Origin: Streptosporangiaceae bacterium
GTDB lineage: Bacteria > Actinomycetota > Actinomycetes > Streptosporangiales > Streptosporangiaceae
Length of the DNA stretch: 64,000 nucleotides
Direction of reading: 5' to 3'
NCBI GenBank assembly: GCA_030039155.1
Contig: JASHQL010000156.1
Span: 162-64,161, forward strand
Shown: in pieces, positions 9,397-19,052 of the stretch
How positions within the stretch are numbered: the first letter of the stretch is position 1
Layout: the number at the start of each line of letters is the position of its first letter
Made by a program: the position numbers and the translations under genes
The notes under the pieces: generated by a model
What the model was told of the DNA's origin: nothing
The model's database searches: none
Seen by the model: the letters and a program-made list of their open reading frames with translations, nothing else

Positions 9397-9966
9397 GTGA
9401 TCATGACAGAGGTTTCCACGGTAACCGGGATCCCTGGCTACGTAGCCGGCACCTGGAACATCGACCCGGTGCACTCGGAGGTTGGCTTCTCCGTGCGGCA
9501 CATGATGGTCAGCAAGGTCCGCGGCCGGTTTACCAAGTTCAGCGGCAAGCTGGTGACCGGCGAGCAGCCGGCCGACTCCGAGGTCACGGCGGAGATCGAG
9601 ATGGGCTCGATCGACACCGGCAACGAGCAGCGGGACGCGCACATCAGGTCGGCCGACTTCTTCGAGGTGGAGACCTGGCCGACGATGAGCTACCGGTCCA
9701 CCGGCGTCCGCGAGGACGACGGCGAGTACGTCCTGGACGGGGAGCTGACGCTCAAGGGCGTCACCAGGAGCGTGCCGCTGAAGCTCGAGCTGAACGGCTT
9801 CGGCCCTGACGCTTACGGCGGCACCAGGGCGGGCTTCACCGCGACCGGCGAGATCAACCGGGGCGACTTCGGCGTCAGCTTCAACGCGGTGCTCGAGACC
9901 GGCGGCACCGTGGTGTCCGACAAGGTGCAGCTGCACCTGGAGATCGAGGCAGTGCTCGCCTCCTGA
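9397..9966 (+). CDS. YceI-family protein
   Basis: WNIDPVHSEVGFSVRHMMVSKVRGRF and GNEQRDAHIRSADFF motifs. An alternative ATG lies at 9403. Confidence 0.85.
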   Translation: MIMTEVSTVTGIPGYVAGTWNIDPVHSEVGFSVRHMMVSKVRGRFTKFSGKLVTGEQPADSEVTAEIEMGSIDTGNEQRDAHIRSADFFEVETWPTMSYRSTGVREDDGEYVLDGELTLKGVTRSVPLKLELNGFGPDAYGGTRAGFTATGEINRGDFGVSFNAVLETGGTVVSDKVQLHLEIEAVLAS

Positions 9967-10008
9967 GCCAGCGCCGGACCGCTGCGGCCCTGAACCCGCC
10001 GACCAACA

Positions 10009-10039
10009 GGCCCTGACCCTGCATGCGGGGGTCAGGGCC
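10009..10039. terminator. hairpin between convergent genes
   Basis: ggccctgaccc ... gggtcagggcc (11-bp stem). Sits between the YceI stop (9966) and the minus-strand stop at 10046. Confidence 0.45.
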
Positions 10040-10045
10040 GCAGCG

Positions 10046-11080
10046 TCAGCTGGCTGCCCAGCGGGCGAGCAGCTCGGCCTCCCGCTCGCGGCTGATGCCG
10101 TTGCCAGGCTGCGGCGTCGGCGATTGCTGCTCCGCAGCGCGCAGATCGGCGATGCTGCTCGACAGCGGGCGCAGTCGCAGGCCAGCCGCCAGGGCCCTGG
10201 CCGGGCTGCCGGCGTTGATGTCCACGTCGGGGTCGTCGGCTGACCACAGCGGCAGGATCTCGCCGTCGATCCCCTCGCCGAGCAGGAACTCCTTGCCGAC
10301 CCAGGTCAGCCTGGTGGCTGGCGGCGCCACCTGCGCCGCGATCGCCTCCAGCATGCCGCCGAAGCCGAATGGCTCGGCCGGGCCGCAGGTGTGGAAGACT
10401 CCGGCCTGCTCGCGCTCAAGCAGGCTGACGCAGAAGCTGGCCTGGTCCCGCGCGTCGATCAGCTGGATGGGATCCTCCGGGTCGGCCGGCGCGAGCACCT
10501 CGCCGCCCGCGGCGATCCGCTGCACCCAGTAGGTGAACCGGTACGACCTGTCGTACGGGCCGATCACGTAGGTGGGCCTGATGATCGTGGTGCGGTCGGC
10601 TCCGTGCAGCTGGGCAGCCGCCTGCTCACAGAGCACCTTGAGCCCGCCGTAGGTCTGCAGCGTGACGTCCTCGGTGTCGGGGTCAGCCAGCTCGGCCAGC
10701 GGGGCGTCCTCGTTAAAGCCGGGCGCGACTGGGGTCTTGTACGCCGACATGGACGAGATGTACAGCTGGCGGCCACCGCGGCCATCGAGCACCTCGGCCA
10801 GCTCGTGCACCTGCCGCGGGAAGTAGGCGGACACATCGACTGTCGCGTCCCACTCGCCAGTGGCCAGCGCTGACAGGTCCGACTTGCCCAGGCTGACCAG
10901 GGCGCCCTCGCTGCTGCCCGGGATGGTGCCCCGGTCACCGGTCAGGTGCGTGGCCTCGGGGAACAGGCCGGCCCCGGTCTTGCCGCGGTGAAACACCGTA
11001 ACCTCGTGACCGTTGTCGATCGCGGCCCGTGCGATGTGCCTGCCGACGAAGGCGGTGCCGCCCATGATCAGAATGCGCAT
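10046..11080 (-). CDS. NAD-dependent epimerase/dehydratase family (extended SDR) protein
   Basis: MRILIMGGTAFVGRHI Rossmann N-terminus. 344 aa. Confidence 0.8.
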   Translation of the reverse strand: MRILIMGGTAFVGRHIARAAIDNGHEVTVFHRGKTGAGLFPEATHLTGDRGTIPGSSEGALVSLGKSDLSALATGEWDATVDVSAYFPRQVHELAEVLDGRGGRQLYISSMSAYKTPVAPGFNEDAPLAELADPDTEDVTLQTYGGLKVLCEQAAAQLHGADRTTIIRPTYVIGPYDRSYRFTYWVQRIAAGGEVLAPADPEDPIQLIDARDQASFCVSLLEREQAGVFHTCGPAEPFGFGGMLEAIAAQVAPPATRLTWVGKEFLLGEGIDGEILPLWSADDPDVDINAGSPARALAAGLRLRPLSSSIADLRAAEQQSPTPQPGNGISREREAELLARWAAS

Positions 11081-11205
11081 GCCTGCTATGCCATCACATC
11101 AGCCGGCTGCACCGCTCGCGAGTTTGCTGCGGGCCTACCCGGCAGTCGGCGGCCTCGGCAGCCACCGCGGAGGCCGGCAACGGGCATTTCAAGATACTTT
11201 GAGGC

Positions 11206-12069
11206 ATGACGCAAACCCCTGGGCCGGTCGACCGCATGCTGGCCGGCCTTCGTGACGCCGGCTACCTGGCCGACACCGGGACCGCGACCGTGGTGCATGT
11301 GGCGACCGCGCTGGACAAGCCGGTGCTGATCGAGGGCCCGGCCGGCACCGGCAAGACCCAGCTGGCCAAGAGCCTGGCCATCGCGACCGGCAAGCGGCTG
11401 ATCCGGCTGCAGTGCTACGAGGGGCTTGACGAGTCCAAGGCCATCTACGAGTGGGATTACCGGCGCCAGCTACTGCAGTTGCAGCTGCACCGGACCGACT
11501 CGGCCGGCAACCTGGCCGAGGCCGGGGTGTTCGGCGAGGAGTTCCTGCTGACCAGGCCGCTGCTCGAGGCGATCCGGTCGGCCGAGCCCGTGGTGCTGCT
11601 GATCGACGAGGTGGACCGGCTCGACATGGAGAGCGAGGCGCTGCTGCTCGAGTTGCTGTCCGAGTACCAGGTCTCGATCCCAGAGCTCGGCACCGTGACC
11701 GCGCGGCACATCCCGCAGGTGTTCCTCACCTCGAACAACACCCGCGACCTGTCCGAGGCACTGAAGCGGCGCTGCCTGTACCTGCATCTGGGCTACCCGA
11801 GCGTCGAACGCGAGGCCGACATCATTCGGCTGCACGTTCCCGAAATGAATGAGCACCTGGCCCGCGAGGTCGCGTCGCTGGTCGCGGTGCTGCGGTCAAT
11901 GGACCTGAAAAAACCGCCGTCGATCGCCGAGTCGCTTGACTGGGCGAGAACCCTGCTGACCCTCGGCGCGGACGCGCTGACCGACGAACTGACCCAGCAG
12001 ACCATGTCGGTGCTGCTGAAGTACGAGCGGGACATCCACACCGCGCTGACCGAGCTGTCGCTGGCCTAG
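11206..12069 (+). CDS. MoxR-like AAA+ ATPase (CoxD-like)
   Basis: Walker A GPAGTGKT and Walker B VLLIDEVDR. About 290 aa. Immediately followed by a VWA gene. Confidence 0.85.
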   Translation: MTQTPGPVDRMLAGLRDAGYLADTGTATVVHVATALDKPVLIEGPAGTGKTQLAKSLAIATGKRLIRLQCYEGLDESKAIYEWDYRRQLLQLQLHRTDSAGNLAEAGVFGEEFLLTRPLLEAIRSAEPVVLLIDEVDRLDMESEALLLELLSEYQVSIPELGTVTARHIPQVFLTSNNTRDLSEALKRRCLYLHLGYPSVEREADIIRLHVPEMNEHLAREVASLVAVLRSMDLKKPPSIAESLDWARTLLTLGADALTDELTQQTMSVLLKYERDIHTALTELSLA

Positions 12070-12071
12070 CC

Positions 12072-13448
12072 ATGCAGGATCTGCTCGGCGCCGTGGTCGA
12101 TGAGCTCAGGAGCATGGGCGTGCCGGTTTCCATCGGCGAGCACCTGGACGCGGCACGCGCACTGTCCGCGGTGTCGCTGCAGGACAAGGAGCTGGTCCGG
12201 GCGACCCTGCAATGCGCGCTGATCAAGCGCGCCGAGCACGTGGCCGCGTTCAACCTGGTCTTCGAGCTGTACACGGCGGGCCGCCGGGCCGAGGACGGCG
12301 GCCTGCTCGCCGAGCTGTCCGACGACGAGCTGGCCGCGCTGCTGCGTGCTGTGATCGCCTCCGATGAGCACGCGCTGCGGCGGCAGGTCGCCGACGAGTA
12401 CGTGCGCAGGTTCGGCGGTCTGGCGCCCGGCGATGCGGTGGCCGGCGTGTTCACCACCATCGCGGTCACCGAGGCGGCCGACCTGGCGGCGCTGCGAGCC
12501 GGCCTCGCGGCGGCTGGCGGGGAAGGAGACGGCGGGGGCGGCGGCGGCGGCACGACCGGCTGGAGCCGGAGCGCGCTGCTGCAGGACCGGCTCGACCGGG
12601 CCGACGCCGACCGGGCGGTCGACCGGTTCCAGGCAGAACTGCAATCGGCGGTGCGCCGCGCGCTGGTCGCCGACCGGGGGGCGCGCGCGGTGCGGGCCAC
12701 CATGCGGGCCGGGCTGGCCGAGCACGCCGATATCGGCACCGCGTCCGCCGCCGAGCGGGAGGAAATGGCCGCGGCGATCGCGCCGATTGCCAGGCAGCTC
12801 ACCAAGGTGCTTGCGCGCAAGTCGCTGCACCGCAAGCGCCGGCTCAGCATCCGCAGGACCGTGCGCAGGGCGATGGGCACCGGCGGCGTGCCGTTCCGGC
12901 TGGTGACCGACCCTGCTCCGCCGCCGCGCCCTGACCTCGTGGTGCTCGCCGACATGTCCGGCTCGGTCGCGACGTTCTCCAAGTTCACCCTGGACCTGCT
13001 CGTCGCGCTTGACAGCAGGCTGAGCAGGCTGCGGGTGTTCTCGTTCGTGGACGGCCTGGCCGAGATCACCGGACTGGTCCGCGACGCCAGGTCCGCTGGG
13101 GCGCAGCTGCTGCCCGCCGATGCTGCCAGGGACGCGATCCGGCTCGGCGGCTCCGACTACGGCTACGTGCTGCGCGACTTCGCGGCGCAGTACGCGCACC
13201 AGCTGTCGGCCAGGTCGGTGCTGCTGGTGGTGGGCGACGCGCGCACCAACTACCTGGACCCGGCGGAGAGCTCGTTCGCGCAGATCCGCCGGCGGGTGGG
13301 CCAGGTGTACTGGCTCAACCCGGAACGGCGCAGGTACTGGGATCAGGGAGACTCGGTGATGAGCAGGTACGCGCCGTACTGCGACCAGGTACAGGAGTGC
13401 AGGACGCTGCGGCAGATCGCCGACTTCGTCCAGTCACTGGCCGCCTGA
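12072..13448 (+). CDS. VWA-domain protein (CoxE-like)
   Basis: Starts 3 nt after the MoxR stop. C-terminal MIDAS-like DMSGS (VLADMSGSV). Gly-rich linker GGEGDGGGGGGG. Confidence 0.8.
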   Translation: MQDLLGAVVDELRSMGVPVSIGEHLDAARALSAVSLQDKELVRATLQCALIKRAEHVAAFNLVFELYTAGRRAEDGGLLAELSDDELAALLRAVIASDEHALRRQVADEYVRRFGGLAPGDAVAGVFTTIAVTEAADLAALRAGLAAAGGEGDGGGGGGGTTGWSRSALLQDRLDRADADRAVDRFQAELQSAVRRALVADRGARAVRATMRAGLAEHADIGTASAAEREEMAAAIAPIARQLTKVLARKSLHRKRRLSIRRTVRRAMGTGGVPFRLVTDPAPPPRPDLVVLADMSGSVATFSKFTLDLLVALDSRLSRLRVFSFVDGLAEITGLVRDARSAGAQLLPADAARDAIRLGGSDYGYVLRDFAAQYAHQLSARSVLLVVGDARTNYLDPAESSFAQIRRRVGQVYWLNPERRRYWDQGDSVMSRYAPYCDQVQECRTLRQIADFVQSLAA

Positions 13449-13473
13449 CCTGGACCAGCCGCCCGCAGGCCGG

Positions 13474-13890
13474 CTACCAGGCGTAGATCCTGGCCGGCAG
13501 CTTCCGCATCGGCGACCGGTCGTCGCCGGCCCAGACGATCAGGACCGGCAGGTCGTCGGGATCCCGGCCCTCGACCGCGATCACGTCCTCGTCCGTGCGG
13601 GTCTCCAGGTGGCCTGACAGCCGCCGGAGCGCCTCGGCCATCCGGTCGAGGTCCGACCTGCTCGCCGTGCTCCAGGCCAGGTACTGGACACCGACGGAGC
13701 CGAGCGACCGTTCCGCGCCATCGCCGAGCGCGCGCAGTGCCAGCTGTGATCCGCCGGCCGACTCCAGCAGCACGGCGGTCGTGTTGCGGTCCACCACCTC
13801 CAGGTCAAGCAGCTCGCGATAGAAGGCGACTGACTTCTCCAGGTTCCGCACAAAGATCACGGCTGCTCGCAGCCGGACTCCATCGGCCAT
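13474..13890 (-). CDS. VOC/glyoxalase-family protein
   Basis: Trimmed to ATG at 13890. The motif VIFVRNLEKSVAFYRELLDLEV is typical of glyoxalase/bleomycin-resistance fold proteins. Confidence 0.7.
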   Translation of the reverse strand: MADGVRLRAAVIFVRNLEKSVAFYRELLDLEVVDRNTTAVLLESAGGSQLALRALGDGAERSLGSVGVQYLAWSTASRSDLDRMAEALRRLSGHLETRTDEDVIAVEGRDPDDLPVLIVWAGDDRSPMRKLPARIYAW

Positions 13891-13986
13891 CCGCTGACCT
13901 CCGCTCGCGCCTTGTGCCTGCCGGTGCCGGCCCCGGTCCCGCTCCGGTCCGCGCACCGGGGACGCGGCTCGGTACCATCCTGCACG

Positions 13987-15048
13987 TTAGCCAGCCGCGA
14001 GTATCGCCGAGTGCAGGTCAAGCAGGGCCGGCACGTCGTCGCGTTGCACCCGGCCCATGCCGCACTCGGTACAGATGCCCCAGCTTCCCTCGGTCTCCGG
14101 CCCGCTCGCCAGCGCGGCGTCGATCAGCCGCACCTGCTCGGCCGTGGTGCCGGGCGCCTGGTCGGCCGGGTGATAGGGCACGAGCGCGAAGTTCAGCTCG
14201 GTCTCCAGGCCGACGGCCAGGTCGGCGAGCGGCGCGAAGTAGCCCTCCTGGTGCTGGTACTGCGGCACGGTGAAGGACACGAAGCTGACCGGGCGGTCTG
14301 CCGCGATCTGGACCGAGTTCACCACCCGGACCTGCAGCGCCAGCGACTCAGGCTGGGTGAAGTGCTGGTGCCCGTAGTCGCCGTAGCACAGGTGCAGGCC
14401 GGCCGGGATGTCGGCCGGCACCTGGTCGATGCAGTGCGCGAGGCCGGCCACGATCGGCTCGAAGGCCTCGTCGCCGCCTGGTCCGAAACTCCCCTCGAGC
14501 ACGCCGAACTCGACGGCGACGTCCCACTGCACCGCCACGTCGTCGTGCGGGACCGCGGCGAGCAGCCGGTCGAGGTCGGCGAACATTGCCTGCTCGTACG
14601 AGGGAAGCAGGGCCGGCTGCTGCTCCGGCACCAGATAGGCGCCGATCGAGGCCAGCGGGGTCGGGTATTCCACCTGGAACCGGACGCCGCGGGGGATGAC
14701 GCCTTGATCACGGAGCTGACTGAACGTCGCGTACGACCCGAGGTAGGCGTCGGCGTAACCGATATCCGGCCAGGTCATCTCGGCCGGATCGACGCCGTCG
14801 GCCAGCCGCAGCTTCGGCATGCCCTCGTAGTCGCCATCGACCACCGCGTCCAGCGGGCCTGCCGGTACCAGCGACGGCCACTGCAGGAACTTCTGCATCT
14901 GGAAGAAGATCCAGTTGCCCCGGTCGCCGGTCTCGCCGTCTGGCAGCCGCCGCAGGCCGGCCGGCACCCGCGTGGTGATCTCGCGCATCACCGTCTCGGC
15001 GTCGGGCAGGTTGACACTTCCGTTGAAATGAGCGTGCGTTGGCGGCAT
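13987..15048 (-). CDS. hypothetical protein, possibly MetE-C-terminal/UROD-like fold
   Basis: Coding-like composition. HLCYGDYGH and CTECGMG resemble the Zn-ligand motifs of cobalamin-independent methionine-synthase-like proteins. The assignment is tentative. Confidence 0.5.
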   Translation of the reverse strand: MPPTHAHFNGSVNLPDAETVMREITTRVPAGLRRLPDGETGDRGNWIFFQMQKFLQWPSLVPAGPLDAVVDGDYEGMPKLRLADGVDPAEMTWPDIGYADAYLGSYATFSQLRDQGVIPRGVRFQVEYPTPLASIGAYLVPEQQPALLPSYEQAMFADLDRLLAAVPHDDVAVQWDVAVEFGVLEGSFGPGGDEAFEPIVAGLAHCIDQVPADIPAGLHLCYGDYGHQHFTQPESLALQVRVVNSVQIAADRPVSFVSFTVPQYQHQEGYFAPLADLAVGLETELNFALVPYHPADQAPGTTAEQVRLIDAALASGPETEGSWGICTECGMGRVQRDDVPALLDLHSAILAAG

Positions 15049-15105
15049 TCCGTTGGCTCCCTCCCGAGTCTGTCCCGAGTATCCACGATCGCCCGGCAGG
15101 CTCGC

Positions 15106-15447
15106 TCACCAGCCGAGCTCCCGCAGCCTGGCGTCGGTGATCCCGAAGTAGTGCCCGACTTCGTGAATCACCGTCCGGCGGACCTGCTCGACGACCTGCT
15201 CCCTGGTGTCACAGATGGCGCAGATGGCCCGCTGGTAGATCGTGATGCGATCCGGCAGCACGCCCGCGTAGTTGGTGGTGCGGCTGGTCAGCGGCACGCC
15301 CTGGTAGAGCCCGAGCAGGCCCGGCCGTCCTGGGCCGTGCTCCACCACCACGGCCACGTTCTGCATGAGCTGGCTGAACTCGGCCGGCAGCCCGTCCACG
15401 GCAGTGCCGACCATCTGCTCGAAGTCGCCGGGATCGACGCTGATCAC
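15106..15447 (-). CDS. small zincin-like metallopeptidase family protein
   Basis: HEVGHYFG (HExxH) near the C-terminus. 113 aa. Architecture of the DUF1025-type metallopeptidase family. Confidence 0.75.
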   Translation of the reverse strand: MISVDPGDFEQMVGTAVDGLPAEFSQLMQNVAVVVEHGPGRPGLLGLYQGVPLTSRTTNYAGVLPDRITIYQRAICAICDTREQVVEQVRRTVIHEVGHYFGITDARLRELGW

Positions 15448-15506
15448 CCCTCCATTCTCTGGCCTGCCTTGCTGGCGGAAGAATCGGCGGTGTGCCCGCG
15501 AGCGAG

Positions 15507-16064
15507 ATGACCTTCCGGCTGCTCGATGGCCGGCAGGCCGCCGAGCTGGTGGCCGACGTGCAGGCGCTGCACGCCGAGGTGTACCTGGCTGCCGGTTCCG
15601 GCGATGGCGAGGCCGGCGGCTTCGCCGCCAGGTTCGCGGTACAGCGCCGCCAGCCTGGTTTTGCGATGGCGGTGGCGCGCAGCGGCGGCTACCTGGTCGG
15701 CTGCGCCGCGGGGATGCCGCTGCGGCCGTCCACCTCGTGGTGGCGCGACCTCACCAGCAAGCTGCCTGACGAGCTCACCGCCGAGCATGCCGGGCGCACG
15801 TTCGCGCTGACCGAGCTGATGGTCAGGGCGTCCTGGCGGCGGCAGGGCATCGGCAGGGCGCTGCACGACCTGCTGCTTGGCGGCCGCGCGGAGGAACGGG
15901 CCACGCTCGTCGTGCCGCCGGCAACGCCCGCTGCGCAGTCCCTGCAGCGCTGGGGCTGGCGGCGGGTCGGCCGGACGCACGACCGGGGGGCTGCCGGGCC
16001 GGCCGCGGACGTGCTGGTCGCCGCGCTCCCGCTGGACAGCTCGCGCCCGGCCGGTGACCGGTGA
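15507..16064 (+). CDS. GNAT-family N-acetyltransferase
   Basis: ATG at 15507. Acetyl-CoA motif WRRQGIGRALHDLLL. Confidence 0.7.
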   Translation: MTFRLLDGRQAAELVADVQALHAEVYLAAGSGDGEAGGFAARFAVQRRQPGFAMAVARSGGYLVGCAAGMPLRPSTSWWRDLTSKLPDELTAEHAGRTFALTELMVRASWRRQGIGRALHDLLLGGRAEERATLVVPPATPAAQSLQRWGWRRVGRTHDRGAAGPAADVLVAALPLDSSRPAGDR

Positions 16065-16065
16065 G

Positions 16066-16944
16066 CTACCTGGCGAGCACCTGGCCGATCCAGCCGGTCA
16101 TCTCGGCGTACACCTCGGCCCTGTTGGTCTCGTTCAGGATCTCGTGCCGTGCGTCCTGGTAGGTGCGCACGGTCACGTCGGTCAGGCCCGCCGCCCGGTA
16201 CCGGTCGGTGAGCGGGCCGATCAGGGTGAGGCCGCCGTTCACCGGGTCGGCCTCGCCCACCGCGATGTAGACGGGCAGGTCGCCGCGCATCTTCGCGACC
16301 TGCTCGGCTGCGGCCAGCCGCCTGGCCCCGACGAACATCGCCTTCGCCGACGCGGTGTCGACGCCGAACCCGCACAGCGGGTCGGCCAGGTAGCCGTCGA
16401 CGATAGCGTCGTCCCGGCTCAGCCAGTCGAAGCTGGTCCTGGCCGGCTCGAACGGGGCGTTGAACATGGACAGGTCGAGCGGCTCGTCCAGGTTGAGCGC
16501 GGGCTCAAGCAGGTCGATTACCGCGGTACCGGTGAGGATCGCGGCGTCCACGTCCGCGCTGTGGTCAAGCAGGTGCTGCTGCACGGCGAACGAGCCCATG
16601 CTGTGCCCGAGCAGGATCAGCGGCAGGCCAGGATGCTCGGCACGGGCCAGCGCGGTCAGCCTGCCGATGTCCCCGACCAGGTTCTGCCAGCCGTCCTCGC
16701 CGAGCTCGCCGAGCTGGCCGGGCTCCGCGGACCCGCCGTGCCCGCGGTGATCCTGGGCGTACACCACCAGGCCGTGCCGGGTCAGCTCGCGGGCGAACTC
16801 CTGGTAGCGCCGCGCGTGCTCGCCCATCCCGTGCGTGAGCTGGACGATGCCGACGGGCTCGCCTTCGGTGTCCCACCGGTACGCGGCGATCTCCCGGCCG
16901 TCGGCTGAGGGGTAGCTGAAGCTGCTATCTGGCATGCGCGACAT
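16066..16944 (-). CDS. alpha/beta hydrolase (lysophospholipase / monoacylglycerol-lipase-like)
   Basis: HGMGEH, DHRGHGGS and nucleophile elbow GHSMGS. Start at 16944 or 16935. Confidence 0.8.
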   Translation of the reverse strand: MSRMPDSSFSYPSADGREIAAYRWDTEGEPVGIVQLTHGMGEHARRYQEFARELTRHGLVVYAQDHRGHGGSAEPGQLGELGEDGWQNLVGDIGRLTALARAEHPGLPLILLGHSMGSFAVQQHLLDHSADVDAAILTGTAVIDLLEPALNLDEPLDLSMFNAPFEPARTSFDWLSRDDAIVDGYLADPLCGFGVDTASAKAMFVGARRLAAAEQVAKMRGDLPVYIAVGEADPVNGGLTLIGPLTDRYRAAGLTDVTVRTYQDARHEILNETNRAEVYAEMTGWIGQVLAR

Positions 16945-17143
16945 TGTGCTGAGGTCCGGCCCGAGCCGCAATGGCGCATGGCTTGACCTCGCCCTTTGGG
17001 CAGCCGCCTACCGCCGCTCCGCGGTCAGCCAGGTCCGCGCTGGCTCGGGCCACCTGGAGGCCGGGCTCGGCTGCCCCGCCGACGATCAGCTGATCTGCGA
17101 CATCGCATTCCCGCTCGGCGACGCGGTGGTGTAGTCGTGGTAC

Positions 17144-18139
17144 ATGGACCCGGTGCGGGCGCTGCGGCAGATCGCCTTCCAGCTTGAGCGGTCAGGCGCG
17201 CCTACCTACCGGGTGCAGGCGTTCCGCCGGGCGGCGCGGGTGCTGAGCGAGCTGCCGCCTGGCGAGCTGGCCAGCCGGATCGGTGACGGCACGCTGCAGG
17301 CGCTGCCCGGCATCGGGCCGTCCACCGCCGAGGTCATCGGGCAGGCGGCCGGCGGCCAGCAGCCCGCGTACCTGACCCGCCTGCTTGACGCCGAGGTGCT
17401 GCCGGAGCAGACCGCGATGCGCCGGGCGCTGCGCGGCGACTGCCACTCGCACTCGGACTGGTCCGACGGCGGCAGCCCGCCCGGCGAGATGGCGCAGGCA
17501 GCACTGGAACTCGGGCACGAGTGGATCGCGCTGACCGATCACTCGCCGCGGCTGACCGTCGCCAACGGCCTGTCCGCCGAGCGGCTCGAAGAGCAGCTCG
17601 CGCTGGTCGACCGGCTGAACGGCGAGTTCGCGCCGCTGCGGATGCTGACCGGCATCGAGGTGGACATCCTCGAGGACGGCAGCCTGGACCAGCGGCCTGA
17701 CCTGCTGGAACGGCTGGACATGGTGGTGGCCAGCGTGCACTCGCAGCTGCGGATGCCGGAACCGGAGATGACCGCGAGGATGGTCGCCGCGGTCGGCAAC
17801 CCGCACGTCGACGTGCTCGGGCACTGCACCGGCCGGATGATCCTCGGCCGCGGCCGGCCGGAGTCCGCCTTCGACCCGGTGGCGGTGTTCACCGCCTGCC
17901 AGCAGCACGGTGTCGCCGTCGAGATCAACTGCCGGCCGGAACGCCAGGACCCGCCGGACCGGCTGATCGAGCTGGCCGCGGAACTCGGCTGCCTGTTCGC
18001 CATCGACAGCGACGCGCACGCGCCCGGTCAGCTCGACTGGCTGGACAACGGCTGCGAGCGGGCCGAGGCGATGGGCATCACGCCGGAGCAGGTCATCAAC
18101 ACCAGGCCGGCGGCCGGGCTGGCCGCGCACCGCGGCTAG
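17144..18139 (+). CDS. PHP-domain protein with N-terminal helix-hairpin-helix region (PolX-C-terminal-like)
   Basis: LPGIGPSTAE HhH motif. PHP metal ligands CHSHSDWSDG, LTDHS and DSDAH. Confidence 0.75.
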   Translation: MDPVRALRQIAFQLERSGAPTYRVQAFRRAARVLSELPPGELASRIGDGTLQALPGIGPSTAEVIGQAAGGQQPAYLTRLLDAEVLPEQTAMRRALRGDCHSHSDWSDGGSPPGEMAQAALELGHEWIALTDHSPRLTVANGLSAERLEEQLALVDRLNGEFAPLRMLTGIEVDILEDGSLDQRPDLLERLDMVVASVHSQLRMPEPEMTARMVAAVGNPHVDVLGHCTGRMILGRGRPESAFDPVAVFTACQQHGVAVEINCRPERQDPPDRLIELAAELGCLFAIDSDAHAPGQLDWLDNGCERAEAMGITPEQVINTRPAAGLAAHRG

Positions 18140-18169
18140 CCCGAGACCGGCGGTGGTCAAGCGGCGTCG

Positions 18170-19039
18170 TCACCGCAGGGCGGCGCGGTGCAGCGCGGCC
18201 TGGTACAGCACGATGGATGCGGCGGCCGCGGCGTTGAGCGAGCTGGCCGAGCCGGTGATGGGAATCCGCAGCGTGTCATCGCAGGCATCGCGCCAGGCGG
18301 AGCTGAGGCCGGTGGTCTCGCTGCCGATCACGGCGACCGTCGGCTGACCGAAGTCATGCTCGGCGAGCCGCCGCGCCGCGCGCTCGTCGGTGCCGGCCAG
18401 GCGGGCACCGATGCCGGCGGCGCGGATGGCCGCGATCCAGTCAAGCACCTGGGCGTGCGACGGCACCCGGACGACCGGCAGCGCGAACAGCGAGCCGGTG
18501 CTGGCCCTGACCGTCCTCGGGTCGTACACATCGGCCGCGTGGCCGGTGACGATCACCCCAGATGCGCCGAAGGCGTCGGCTGACCTGATCGTGCTGCCGA
18601 TGTTGCCAGGGCTGGCTGGCCGGTCCAGCACGATCGCGAGCAGCCCCTGGTCAGCGGGGATGCGGGCCAGGTCGTCCGGCGGCAGTGCCGCGACCGCGAG
18701 CAGCTCTGGCAGCCCCTCGGTCTTCTCGCCAAGCGCGGCCATCAGCTCAGCCGAGACCGCCACCTGGCTGGCCTGAACCTGGTCGAGCAGCTGCCGTGCC
18801 CACCCGGACAGCTTGACTCCGTCGGCGTAGAGCAGGGCGCGGAGCGGCCACCGGTGCCGGACGGCCAGCGAGATCGGGCGCACGCCCTGGACCAGGAACT
18901 CCCCGGCGCGCTGCCGCTTAGCGCGGTTGCTCAGCAGCGCCTCCCACTGCTGGAACCGCGCGTTGCGGGTACTGACCCGCTGGGCACCAGGCACGCCAGG
19001 CAGTCTGGCGGCCGGCTTGACATGTGACCAAACGGTCAC
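18170..19039 (-). CDS. TrmH/SpoU-family RNA 2'-O-methyltransferase
   Basis: SpoU motifs PGNIGSTIRSADAFG, VIGSETTGLS and IPITGSASSLNAAAAASI. The N-terminal start (GTG at 19039) is uncertain. Confidence 0.75.
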   Translation of the reverse strand: MTVWSHVKPAARLPGVPGAQRVSTRNARFQQWEALLSNRAKRQRAGEFLVQGVRPISLAVRHRWPLRALLYADGVKLSGWARQLLDQVQASQVAVSAELMAALGEKTEGLPELLAVAALPPDDLARIPADQGLLAIVLDRPASPGNIGSTIRSADAFGASGVIVTGHAADVYDPRTVRASTGSLFALPVVRVPSHAQVLDWIAAIRAAGIGARLAGTDERAARRLAEHDFGQPTVAVIGSETTGLSSAWRDACDDTLRIPITGSASSLNAAAAASIVLYQAALHRAALR

Positions 19040-19052
19040 CTATTCTCCTGGC

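Noticed and set aside
11822-13199. Long minus-strand ORFs (415 and 377 aa) antisense to the MoxR and VWA genes
   Set aside because: Low-complexity Ser/Arg/Ala-rich translations with no motifs. The sense-strand genes are well supported.
13912-15510. 532-aa plus-strand ORF spanning three minus-strand genes
   Set aside because: An antisense shadow. It crosses the boundaries of recognisable genes, including the HExxH metallopeptidase, and has Arg/Gly/Pro-rich composition.
18170-19039. Thiostrepton/nosiheptide-type 23S rRNA methyltransferase acting as a self-resistance gene
   Set aside because: Only generic SpoU/TrmH motifs are visible. The gene is 9 kb from the cluster, has flank-like high GC, and no thiopeptide genes are present.
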